Origin: an uncultured delta proteobacterium
Lineage (GTDB): Bacteria; Desulfobacterota; Binatia; DP-6
Direction of reading: 5' to 3'
Length of the DNA: 64,000 nucleotides
Assembly (NCBI GenBank): GCA_963815115.1
Contig: CAWFFN010000007.1
Location: forward strand, 992,001-1,056,000
Of this stretch, positions 9,619 to 19,200 are shown piece by piece. The notes beneath the pieces were generated by a model. It saw nothing but the letters and a program-made list of their open reading frames with translations. It made no database searches and was not told the origin of the DNA. A program made the translations under genes and the position numbers. Each line of letters starts with the position of its first letter. Positions within the stretch are counted from its first letter, which is position 1.

Positions 9619-9671
9619 GGAGTCCTATAAGGAGCGGGCCGAAGGCATGGCTCGTGCTTCCCCCCCTGCTA

Positions 9672-9699
9672 TGACGCACGCCTGGACCCGATTGCGTCA
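9672..9699. promoter_or_regulatory. Inverted repeat TGACGCA-N14-TGCGTCA upstream of the 1058-aa GSDH gene; possible TF operator
   Basis: Perfect 7-bp arms at 9672-9678 and 9693-9699 in a short intergenic gap. Confidence 0.3.
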
Positions 9700-9722
9700 C
9701 TGGGGGCGGACCGGGGATCGGC

Positions 9723-10943
9723 CTAGCGCGACGTGTCCGCGGGGACTGCGCTCCGCGAGGCCGCGTGCCGCGCACTGAGCCACAGCAGCCAGCCCAGGAA
9801 TACGAGACAGATGGCGCTCCGCCACTGCCCGAGCAGCGGGATGCCGAGCTGGCAGATCAGCCGGGAGGGGATGAAGAAGAGGCCCAGCAGCACGGCTACC
9901 ACCAGGCCGGCGCCGGGGCGGCCCCGGAGATGGAGCGTCAGGGAGACGGCCAGGGGTGCCAGGTACACGGCGTCGAGGTCGTGCCCGTAGACGATCGTCA
10001 GGGTGATCAGGGGAAGCAGCGCGGGCACGTCGTCCTCGCAGATGCGGTCCCTGAACCACCAGAGGATCGCCGTGAGCATGATCCCGGCGACCGTCAGGTC
10101 CAGCGCCGGCCCTCCGGCCGCGGCGATCAGGCTCGGGAGACCGACGACGAAGCAGGAGCCAAGGAGATTCGGCAGGTGCGTCTTGTAGTCCGCGACCGCG
10201 CCCAGCCACGCCTTCATCTCCGTGATCGGGCCGTGCAGCAGGAGCGGATACGCCATCAGCAGGCCGGCCACGACGCCCGACACCACGATCATCCGCCAGC
10301 GGCGCTCGAGCAGGAACCACAGCAGGGGAAGCATCAGGAGCTGCGGCTTGATGCTCGCGATCGCCAGGCAGACGCCGGCCAGATCCGGCCGGCGCTTGCG
10401 ATCGAGATACCACGCGCCCTGGAGCGCGGTCGCTCCGACCAGCGATATCTGTCCGAGCCACAGCGTCTGGATGGTGAACGTCGAGAACGCGAACAGCGCC
10501 GGGAAGTACCAGATGACGCTTCGAGACGCCGGCAGCAGTCCCGGCGTCACCGGCTCCCACGCCATGCGGGCGGTCAGCCATCCAAGCAACGCGAGCGCCA
10601 GCAGATCGATCACGTGCACCAGACGCATCGCGGTGCTCTCGCTCAGGAGCGCGAGCCCCATGTAGAACGGCGCGGCGACGGGCGGGCTGGCGAAGGCCGG
10701 CAGGTAGGGATCTTCGCGCGGGAAGTGGCGGTCGAGCGACGACCGGTCGTACGGGCTCTCTCCGGCCAGCCAGCTGCGGCCCGCCGCCTGGAACACGGCG
10801 AGGTCCATGGCCCAGACCCCGTGCCGCGCGACACCGAGAATGCCGAAGCCGGTGAGCGCGCTCAGAGCGATCGCCAGCACGAGCGGTCGCGCCCACCGCT
10901 GAAGCGCGGCGCCGCGGGGAATGCGAGCGCCGGAGGACATCAC
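9723..10943 (-). CDS. GT87 (DUF2029) GT-C membrane glycosyltransferase
   Basis: DLAVFQAAG, PAFASPP, LWLGQ and SIKPQ motifs; multi-TM. Confidence 0.85.
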   Translation of the reverse strand: MMSSGARIPRGAALQRWARPLVLAIALSALTGFGILGVARHGVWAMDLAVFQAAGRSWLAGESPYDRSSLDRHFPREDPYLPAFASPPVAAPFYMGLALLSESTAMRLVHVIDLLALALLGWLTARMAWEPVTPGLLPASRSVIWYFPALFAFSTFTIQTLWLGQISLVGATALQGAWYLDRKRRPDLAGVCLAIASIKPQLLMLPLLWFLLERRWRMIVVSGVVAGLLMAYPLLLHGPITEMKAWLGAVADYKTHLPNLLGSCFVVGLPSLIAAAGGPALDLTVAGIMLTAILWWFRDRICEDDVPALLPLITLTIVYGHDLDAVYLAPLAVSLTLHLRGRPGAGLVVAVLLGLFFIPSRLICQLGIPLLGQWRSAICLVFLGWLLWLSARHAASRSAVPADTSR

Positions 10944-11134
10944 GTCGACGGGATCCGCACCAGCCTGGGCCCTCTATCGTGGACCCGGGATTCTCGCCAG
11001 CCTGTCGACGAGGACGATCGGCCACGCATGACCTCGACCCGCCGGCAGCGCGTTGCGCGCACCCCGGTCGTGCCGTAGATGCAGGGAGCCACGGCTCCGC
11101 GCGCGCCGGGCGCAGCCTCGATCCGCAGGAGACG

Positions 11135-11905
11135 ATGTCGCCATCGATCGATCCACCCCGCCTCTCGCACGCGACGTGGCAACACCCGGCGTTCGCGCTC
11201 ACCGCCGATCAGGACTGGGCGCCCGCCTGGGCTTCCGAGCAGCTCCTCGCAGCCGCCGCGGCGCTCGGAATGCCGCTGCACGTGTTCCGGACCAACCCCT
11301 GCCCCGTGCTCGACGAGGCCGCCGCACGAGGTCGAATCACCCAGGGATGGCATCCGAACTTCCTGCCGGGCTCGGACCACGGCGACACGCCCGAGCAGGT
11401 GATCGCCTATTGCCGCGCGCATTTTCCCGGCTGCCGCACCGCCAGGGCGCACTGCTTCATGGAGCACACCATGGCCTGGGACGCGCTCGCCGCGGCGGGG
11501 GTCATCGCCGATTCCCAGCTTCCGACCTACTTCCAGGAAGGGCTCGTCCCGCTCATGCATGCGTCGGGCATCTGGCGGCTTCCGGTCTACTTCGAGGACG
11601 ACATCTTCTTCCGCTCGTTCCCGCTCGATCTGCCTCTGGACCGCATCCAGGCGACCCTCTTCGGGCCCGGGCTGAAGGTGCTCAACTTCCATCCCACGTT
11701 CGTCGCCGCGAACGTGCCCTCGCCGGCCTACTACGCCGAGATCAAGACCCGCTGGTTCTCGCCCGCCGGCGACCACCGGAAGCTGGTCCATCCCGGCCGG
11801 GGCACCAGGGCGGTGCTCGAGGAGCTGGCGGCACTGGTCACGTCGAAGGGGTTCGCCTTCGAATCCTTCGAGGCCCTGGTCGACCGCCTCCCCGCAGTCG
11901 GCTGA
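11135..11905 (+). CDS. WbmS-like polysaccharide deacetylase (NodB-type)
   Basis: LTADQDWAP, GWHPNF, P.YFEDD and LKVLNFHP motifs; ATG11135 chosen as start. Confidence 0.75.
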   Translation: MSPSIDPPRLSHATWQHPAFALTADQDWAPAWASEQLLAAAAALGMPLHVFRTNPCPVLDEAAARGRITQGWHPNFLPGSDHGDTPEQVIAYCRAHFPGCRTARAHCFMEHTMAWDALAAAGVIADSQLPTYFQEGLVPLMHASGIWRLPVYFEDDIFFRSFPLDLPLDRIQATLFGPGLKVLNFHPTFVAANVPSPAYYAEIKTRWFSPAGDHRKLVHPGRGTRAVLEELAALVTSKGFAFESFEALVDRLPAVG

Positions 11906-11924
11906 TCGCGCACGATCCCGGGGA

Positions 11925-12932
11925 TCAGGCCCTGATCGCGAGGACGTGAGTGGTCTCGGGAAAGTGCACCAGCGTGTCGGCACGCGTCGCGAAGAACTCG
12001 TCCACCGCCTTCTTCACGCCGGAGAAGGGAACCTTCGCGCCCCGCGGCAGCTCGGGTTCCTCGGCGCAGTAGTCGTGAAACAGCATCATGCCGCCGGGCT
12101 CGAGCTTGGGGTGGAAGAACCGGCAGCATTCCATCGCCGGCTCGTACAGATCCGCGTCGTAGTAGACGAAGGCGAAGCGCTCGTCCCGCACGGCCGCCAG
12201 CGTGTCCGCGAAGAATCCCGGATGAATCCGGACGTTCGGGAAGGGCGCGAGGTAGCTTCGCACCTTGGGGAGAGTCGTGTCGGCGAACTCGCTGCGTCGC
12301 TGCGAGGGGTCGTGCGCCGACAGATCCGGAAACCCCGCGAAGCTGTCGAAGAGGCGAAGCGTCCGCCGACCGAGGATGTCACCGCCCGCGAGCAGGCTGC
12401 AGAAGGCATTGCCGCCCTGGAACACGCCGAGCTCCGCGACGTCGCCCGCGAGGTTGGCCCGATCGAGGTGCTTGAGCAGCTCCAGGTAGAGCCAGGTCCC
12501 GGCAAAGCCGCTCAGGTTCTGCGGATGGGTGTAGATTGAGAGCACGCGCGCCGTCGCGAACAGCTCGGGCGACGCCTCGATCCCCAGCGAGGCCTTCAGG
12601 CGGTGGCGATAGCTCTCGAAGTGCAGGACGGAGCAGTCGATCCAGCCGTCGGGGAAGCTCAGGCCGAATGCTGCGAGGCGGTCCCCGATCGCCCGGATGG
12701 CCGCCCCCGTATAGGCGAAGATGATCACGCGATACTCGGCGAGATTCACCCGATCGAGCTCCGCGGGCGACACGATGGGGATGCCGAACAGCGTCGTGCC
12801 CTGGGATTCCGGGCTGTCGTCGACGATGAACTCGAGGTCGAGCGGGGTCTCGCGTAACGTGAGCAGGGTGGCAAGACCCGCTCCGTAGCCGATCAGCTTG
12901 CTGCGCTTGAGCGCGTCGAGATCGATGTCCAT
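11925..12932 (-). CDS. TylF/MycF/NovP-family O-methyltransferase with N-terminal Rossmann-like domain
   Basis: GDVAELGVFQG, LFDSFAGF, GFFADT, YDADLYEP and FHDY motifs; N-terminal IGYGAG..FIVDD. Confidence 0.85.
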   Translation of the reverse strand: MDIDLDALKRSKLIGYGAGLATLLTLRETPLDLEFIVDDSPESQGTTLFGIPIVSPAELDRVNLAEYRVIIFAYTGAAIRAIGDRLAAFGLSFPDGWIDCSVLHFESYRHRLKASLGIEASPELFATARVLSIYTHPQNLSGFAGTWLYLELLKHLDRANLAGDVAELGVFQGGNAFCSLLAGGDILGRRTLRLFDSFAGFPDLSAHDPSQRRSEFADTTLPKVRSYLAPFPNVRIHPGFFADTLAAVRDERFAFVYYDADLYEPAMECCRFFHPKLEPGGMMLFHDYCAEEPELPRGAKVPFSGVKKAVDEFFATRADTLVHFPETTHVLAIRA

Positions 12933-12934
12933 GC

Positions 12935-13684
12935 CTACTTGATGAACTCTTCCGGAGGCACCTTCTTGACCACGCGCGCCGGATTCCCGAGGACGAGCGT
13001 CGCCTCGGGCACGTCCTGGAACACCACCGCGCCGAGCGCGACCACGGCCTCGCGTCCCACCGTGATGCCCGGATGCAGGGAAGCACCCGTCCCGACCCTC
13101 GCCCCCGCCCGGATCACCGGCCCCCGGCTCTCGCAGGGAATCGCCCGGCGGTGGCTGATCACCGTGCCCGATGCGGTACAGACCCGGGCTCCGATGAAGA
13201 CGTCGTCCTCGACGACCGTGTTCTCCGAGAGATACGAGGCGGTGAAGATGAGGCACCGGCTCCCGATCGTGACGTGGAACTCCAGGTTGACCCCGCGCCC
13301 CACCACGCTCTTCGCACCGATGGTGCAGTTCTCGCGGACCGAGGCCAGGTCGCCGAGGAAGGCCTCCTTTCCGATCCGGCATCCCGCGTACACGATCGCG
13401 CCGGTACCGATCAGCGCGCCGTCCTCGATCGTCGTCTGATTCCCGGTCGCCTGGGCTCCGAGGGTCGCGACCGCCGAGCTGTGCGGCCGCTTCCCGATCA
13501 CGGCGTGGTCCTGGACGGTCACGCCGCTGCCGATCGCGGTGCCGGGAAAGATCACGACGTGGCTCCCGATGCGCGTCCCGGCACCGATCCGGACGGCATC
13601 GTGGATGACCGCGAAGTGCGCGAACGACACGGACTCGTCGATCGTCGCCTCGGGCGAGATGACGTTGCCGTCAGACGGGGGCAC
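12935..13684 (-). CDS. Hexapeptide-repeat (LbH) N-acyltransferase
   Basis: Extensive [IV]GxxxxI repeats; ends VLGNPARVVK. Confidence 0.85.
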   Translation of the reverse strand: MPPSDGNVISPEATIDESVSFAHFAVIHDAVRIGAGTRIGSHVVIFPGTAIGSGVTVQDHAVIGKRPHSSAVATLGAQATGNQTTIEDGALIGTGAIVYAGCRIGKEAFLGDLASVRENCTIGAKSVVGRGVNLEFHVTIGSRCLIFTASYLSENTVVEDDVFIGARVCTASGTVISHRRAIPCESRGPVIRAGARVGTGASLHPGITVGREAVVALGAVVFQDVPEATLVLGNPARVVKKVPPEEFIK

Positions 13685-13707
13685 CTCGCCGCCTTCCTTC
13701 CGGGAAC

Positions 13708-13953
13708 TCAGCTCGACCCGCCGGGGTCCCGTCCCTGCCGCAGCAGCTCCGCGCGCAGCGCGGCGACGGCGGTGAGGGACGGAATGTCATCGGACGAGAA
13801 GTGCACGTCGAACGCCTCCTCCACGGCCAGGATCAGCGCAAAGTGACGGAGCGAATCCCACTCCGGGGTGTTCTCCATCGAGGTGCTCTCCTGCACCAGC
13901 TCGGGAGAGACCTGGAGGGCCTCCGCCACCGTCGCGACCAGCTTGTCGCTCAC
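13708..13953 (-). CDS. Acyl carrier protein (81 aa)
   Basis: WDSLRH phosphopantetheine Ser motif and VEEAFDV; GTG overlaps the FkbH stop. Confidence 0.9.
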   Translation of the reverse strand: MSDKLVATVAEALQVSPELVQESTSMENTPEWDSLRHFALILAVEEAFDVHFSSDDIPSLTAVAALRAELLRQGRDPGGSS

Positions 13954-15671
13954 TGATCGCCTCGCCAGCTCACACTGAAGAGGTCCTGGCGCGGGCCATC
14001 GACCGCCCCCGCGAGCTCGAACCGCCGGCTGCCGTCCCGCTGCTCCTCCAGGAGGCGGAAGCCCGCCCGCTCGAGAAACCCGCCGGCCACCGCGTTGCGT
14101 GGTCCCGGCACGAAGGTGGCCCGGATGGCCTCGCGGGAACCCCGCCGGACGCGATCGACGCAGGCGGCGAGGAACGCGTCCTCGAAGCTCCGGCCGATGA
14201 CCCGGCAGCTCATCATGAAGCTGTCGAGCTCCCAGCGAGCATTGGCCTGCTGGTGCTCGAGGATCGCGAGTGCGATCCAGCCGTGGTCGGTGAATCGATC
14301 CTTGAGCGAAGCGGCGATCACCATCCAGCTCGGATCGTTCAGGACGCGGGCCATCTCCGCCTCGGTATACCGCTTGAGGGTGAGATTGAACTGGTTCGTC
14401 TTCTGGGTGAGCTGCGCGCTCCGCGCCAGCAGCGAGGCGTCGTTCACGCTGAAGACGGCCTCCATGCGCAGGGATCGCAGGAACTCCTCGGGGCTGCCGC
14501 ACTCCTGCAACGCGGCGGCCGTCTGCGCCCGGGCGCGGTACTGCTCGGTCTTGGCGCGGTCCTCGCTGGTGACGTTCGCCTTGTAGAACCATCGCCACGC
14601 CAGCTCCTCGCCGAAGGCCGGGAGACCGGCGGGATCGGACGGGAATTCCGGGACCGTGACCTCGGGAAGCGCGGATCGCACCTGCTCTCGCTCGACGGGA
14701 TTGTCGTCCACGAACACGAAGCTGTCCAAGCCCACCCCGAGGGTGGCGGCGAGCCGGCCGAGCCCCTCCGACTTCGACCCCCAGCCCACGTGGCGGGCAG
14801 CGATACGATCCGGCCGCAGCACCATCTCGGGGCGGGTCGCAAAGACCTCGTCGACGTCCTCCGGGTTGTTGCGCGAGCACAGGGCCACGAGCACGCCCCG
14901 GCTCTCGAGCGCTGCGACGGTGCGCTGGAACTCCGTGTAGGCGCGTCCGATGCCGTCTCCGCCGAGACGGATGCCGCCCACACCATCCTCACCGACGATC
15001 CCGCCCCAGAGCGTGTTGTCGCAGTCGAGCGCCAGCACCTTCTTCGTTCGCCCCAGGACCGCGTTCCAGTGGGACGCGAGCCGCTCGGCGAGGGCCTTCA
15101 TGCCTCGAGCCGAGAGCGGCATGCGGGCCAGGAAGTCCATCCGGGCGTCGTAGGTGACGCCCGCGCCCAGCGCGTGGGTCACGCGCTCGCGCTCGAAGAG
15201 CGACCAGCCCGCTGCTTCCCGGCACCGGCGCCGCACCTGGGCGTTGAACACCCCGGTCGCGACCGCCACGGGATCCAGCTCGGAATCGTTCAGGCCGGCG
15301 ACGGCACCCGGGAACTCCACCTCGGCGGTGGACAGGATCCAGCTCACCTCCGGATGCCGCGCGGACAGCGAGGAGATGGCCCCGAGAAGGAATTCCGCCG
15401 CCTGGGTGCCAGCCTCCTCGGGAGCGATCTCGGGACGGGGTCCCGTGAGCTGCCGCTCGAAGAGGTCGCGCGCCTCCGGAAAGACGACGGCCGCGCGGGG
15501 CGGGTCGCTCTCGAAGTCCTCGTCTGCTCCCGACCACAGCCGGAGCTCGCGATCGAACCCGCAGACCACGATCTCGGGCTTCAATCCGTAGCTCTGGAGC
15601 GCTTTCCGGAAGACCGGGGCGAACAGCTCCCACGAGGCGCGGCCGACGACGAAGATGCGCCCATCGCTCAT
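13950..15671 (-). CDS. FkbH-like HAD-IIIC glyceryl-ACP synthase
   Basis: LDCDNTLWGGIVGEDG, CSRNN, FVFVDDNPVERE, KTNQFNLT and MSCRV; ATGA overlap with the VOC gene. Confidence 0.92.
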   Translation of the reverse strand: MSDGRIFVVGRASWELFAPVFRKALQSYGLKPEIVVCGFDRELRLWSGADEDFESDPPRAAVVFPEARDLFERQLTGPRPEIAPEEAGTQAAEFLLGAISSLSARHPEVSWILSTAEVEFPGAVAGLNDSELDPVAVATGVFNAQVRRRCREAAGWSLFERERVTHALGAGVTYDARMDFLARMPLSARGMKALAERLASHWNAVLGRTKKVLALDCDNTLWGGIVGEDGVGGIRLGGDGIGRAYTEFQRTVAALESRGVLVALCSRNNPEDVDEVFATRPEMVLRPDRIAARHVGWGSKSEGLGRLAATLGVGLDSFVFVDDNPVEREQVRSALPEVTVPEFPSDPAGLPAFGEELAWRWFYKANVTSEDRAKTEQYRARAQTAAALQECGSPEEFLRSLRMEAVFSVNDASLLARSAQLTQKTNQFNLTLKRYTEAEMARVLNDPSWMVIAASLKDRFTDHGWIALAILEHQQANARWELDSFMMSCRVIGRSFEDAFLAACVDRVRRGSREAIRATFVPGPRNAVAGGFLERAGFRLLEEQRDGSRRFELAGAVDGPRQDLFSVSWRGDQ

Positions 15672-16072
15672 CTCTCGACCCATTCGATGAGTCCCAGCGC
15701 GTGGTAGAGGACGAAGGCCATGCGTCTGCCCTCGAAGGCCTGCGAGGGCACCGGCGGGCGCACGACGATGCCGCCACTCGATCGCGCCCCCTTGATCATC
15801 TCGTCGAAGTTGTCACACCGGAAGCACAGGTGATCGGGGTGTCCGCTGTCTGCTCCGGCGGTCTTGATGCGAGAGCCGGCACAGGGTTCCACGAGCTCGA
15901 TGCGGCCGCCCTGGAAGGTCAGGAAGGCGACCCGGACCTGATCCGCGCTCACCAGCGTTGCGGGCAGCTCCACTCGCGCACCCAGCATCTCCCACCTCCG
16001 GGTCGACGCTGCCATGTCCGTCACCAGGTAGGCTGTGTGATGGAGCTCCGGGTTCTCGGGAGCAGGTACCAT
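15668..16072 (-). CDS. VOC-family (glyoxalase/methylmalonyl-CoA epimerase-like) protein
   Basis: LHHTAYLV, IELVEP, DHLCF and LIEWVE give the H/E/H/E metal ligands. Confidence 0.85.
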   Translation of the reverse strand: MVPAPENPELHHTAYLVTDMAASTRRWEMLGARVELPATLVSADQVRVAFLTFQGGRIELVEPCAGSRIKTAGADSGHPDHLCFRCDNFDEMIKGARSSGGIVVRPPVPSQAFEGRRMAFVLYHALGLIEWVER

Positions 16073-16150
16073 TCTCGACCGAAATTATCGCTCGGGAGGG
16101 GGCATGTGTCGAGCGACCGACACGACGGGACGGTGAGCGCGCCAGTGCAC

Positions 16151-16193
16151 GCGGCGACGAGCAGCGGAGCACTGCGTCCGCCGTCGTCGCCGC
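16151..16193. terminator. Hairpin downstream of the giant gene; possible terminator or RNA-stability element
   Basis: Perfect 10-bp inverted repeat GCGGCGACGA / TCGTCGCCGC with a 23-nt loop; no U-tract. Confidence 0.25.
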
Positions 16194-16224
16194 ACGCACA
16201 TCGCGCGAAGCGACTCGAAGCAGA

Positions 16225-19200
16225 TCAGGGCGTCGTGAAGATCACGTCCACCCAGTAGTTCAACGTCCGATACGTGGTCGTCGGGAAGACGCTGGTTGCT
16301 CCGTACGAGAACACGCCGTTCCCGCCCGAGACGCCGTCCGCCAGGGCATGGAGAGGCGCATTGTCCACGCCCTGCCCTGCGAAGAAGTCGAGGTTTCCGC
16401 TGTAGTGCCCGTTCGGTGCGAAATACGACGCCACGTAGGTCGTGTTCGCGGCGATCGCCACGGGGGTGGCGAAGTTCATCTGCTGCCACCCCGAAGCGGA
16501 CTCGCCCGTGAAGTTCACCGTCCCGAGGCGCGTCCCGGCGGCCGACCAGATGCTCCCGACGTGGGTCCCCGTGTTCCCGGGGCTCTTGTAGAAGCGAATT
16601 CCCGTGATGTGCCCGGCGACGTCGGAGCGGAACTTGACGCCCAGCTCCACCGCGGCGGTGTCGCCGCCATCCACGATGGCCGGGACCGGGTTGCCCGGCC
16701 AGATCATCGTGGTCGCCGCGTTGATGGTGATGCCGAGCGCCTTGGTGGTGTTCTGCGCACCCGCGGTCACCCGGACGGTGAAGTTCGACGTGCCGGTCGC
16801 GGTCGGGGTGCCCGAGATCACGCCCGAATTCGCGTTGAGCGTCAGTCCCGCCGGCAGCGTCCCGGTGGCGAGCGCCCACGAGTACGGGGGCGTCCCGCCG
16901 CTGGCCGCCAGCGTCGCCGTGTAGGCGCCTCCCACGGTGCCCGCGGGAAGCGACGTCGTGGTGATGGTCAACGGACCGGCCGCGACCGTGAGCCCGGTGC
17001 TCCCGGTGACCGAACCGAGCGTTGCCGAGATCGTCGTCGTCCCGGTCGACACCGCGGTGGCCAGCCCGCCGGTCGTCACCGTGGCCACCGCCGTGGCCGA
17101 CGACGCGAAGGTCACCTGATTGGTCACGTCGAGCGTGCTCGAGTCCGAGTACGTCGCCGTGGCGGTGAACTGCTGCGTCCCGCCCGTCGTGATCGTCGGG
17201 TTGGCGGGTGTCACCGCGATCGACGTCAGCGTCGGTGGCGGCTGCGGGCTGAACACGACGTCCACCCAGTAGTTCAACGACCGGAAGCTGTTCACCGGGA
17301 AGGTGCTGGTCGCCCCGTACGCGAACACGCCGTTGGGGCCCGACACGCCGGTCATCAGCGCGTGTAACGGGGGAGTATCCACGCCCTGCGTCGCGAAGTA
17401 GTCGAGATTGCCGCTCTCATGAGCGTTGGGAGCGAAGTACGAGGCGACGTAGACCGTGTTCGCCTGGATCGCCACCGGCGTGGAGAAGTTCACCTGCTGC
17501 CAGCCGGTGGGCGTCTCGCCGGTGAAGGTCGCCGTCGCGAGCCGGGTTCCGTTGATCGACCACAGGCTGCCGATGTGGGTGCCCGTGTTCGCGGCGCTCT
17601 TGTAGAAGCGGATCCCGAGGATGGAGCCCGCCGTCTCGGAGCGGAACTTGACGCCCAGCTCCACGGAGGAAGTGTCGCCGCCGTCCACGATCGCCGGCGT
17701 CGGATTGCTCGGCCAGATCGTCACGGTCGGCATGCTGACCGTGATGCTCAGGGGACGCGTGACGGTGTCCTCGCCCGCGCTCACCTCGGCGGTGAAGTTG
17801 AAGGTGCCGACCGCGGTCGGGGTTCCCGAGATCACGCCACTGCTCGCGGTGAGTGTGAGGCCGTCCGGCAGGGCTCCCGCCGCGATCGACCACGTGTAGG
17901 GCGGCATCCCGCCGAGTGCCGACAGGTCCGTGTTGTAGGCCGTGTTCAGGGTCGCCGGGGGCAGCGAGGCCGTGGTGATGGTGAGCGGCCCCGACTGCAC
18001 GGTCAGTCCGGTGCTTCCGTTGACCGAGCCGAGGGTTGCGGTGATGGTCGTCCCACCCGCACCGCCGGCCGTGGCGACGCCCGCTGCGTTGATGGTCGCC
18101 GCCGCCGTGTTCGAGGAGGTCCAGGTCACCTGGTTGGTCAGGTCCTGCGTGGTCACGTCCGAGTACAGCCCGGTGGCCGTGTATTGCTGCGTTCCGCCCA
18201 CCGTCACCGTGGCGTTGCTCGGCGACACCTGGATCGTGGTGAGCGTGGGCGACACGACATTGACGGTGCGCTGCGCCGGGGTGCCGAGGTTGGCGCTGTC
18301 ATCCACCGCGCGCGCGCGAAGGGACGTGGAGCCCACCACGGTGGGCAGCCAGGCATAGGTCCAGGACGTGCGTCCGACCGCGGGATGCCAGGTCACCCCT
18401 CCGTCCGTCGACACCTCGACGCCGCCCACCTGTCCGCCGGTGTCGCTCGCCGTTCCGCTGATGGTCAACGGCTTGCCGTTCGAAACTGTCGCCCCGGCCG
18501 CCGGCGACGTGATGGTCGCCGTGGGCGCGGTGGTGTCGGCCGAGGCCGTGGCCGCGACGAGTCCGGACTGTAGCGAGGTAGGCTGCACGCCCATGTCGGC
18601 GAACAGGTTGACCGTCGCCTGCTGCATGTTCGCGTCGGTCGCGGGTCCGGCGTAGTCGTGCTGCGCGTCCAGGCCCCAGGGCCACTGGATGGTGCCGGCG
18701 CCGAAGACGAGCGAACCGGAGGAGTTCTTGTAAAGGGTGAGATGGTGAGTCGCCGTGCCCGACGCGTATGTCGTGCCGTAGTCCTGCAGGTACTGCACGC
18801 CGGACACGGTCGTGCTCGACATGCGGACGATACCTGCCGGTCGAACGCCGTTGTCGATATCCTCGTCCCACTCGGTACCGAGGACGCCCGTCGGGAGCGT
18901 CGCGGTCTGGCCCGCGGCCAGCGAGGCGATGCTGGTATTGCGCCAGAAGCGCATCTTGCCGTCGGCGGCGGGAACCAGCATCGCGTCGTTGCGGATCCCG
19001 TTGACCGTGAAGAGCGACCCGTTGAGCGCGTTCTCGGGACGGCCGCCGTCGGCCGGCGGGCTGAAGCGCGGGTCGCGCCACGAGCCCGTCCACACGTTCG
19101 GCATGGGATCGATCTTGGCGTTGGCGTGCGTCTCCTTGTAGCAGACCAGCGTGCGGTACGGCGTGTTCGAGCCGTCGATGCTGTTCTCCCAGCGCGTCTT

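Noticed and set aside
13708-15671. PKS/NRPS secondary-metabolite cluster suggested by FkbH plus ACP
   Set aside because: No ketosynthase, adenylation or condensation domains in the window; the context is glycan biosynthesis.
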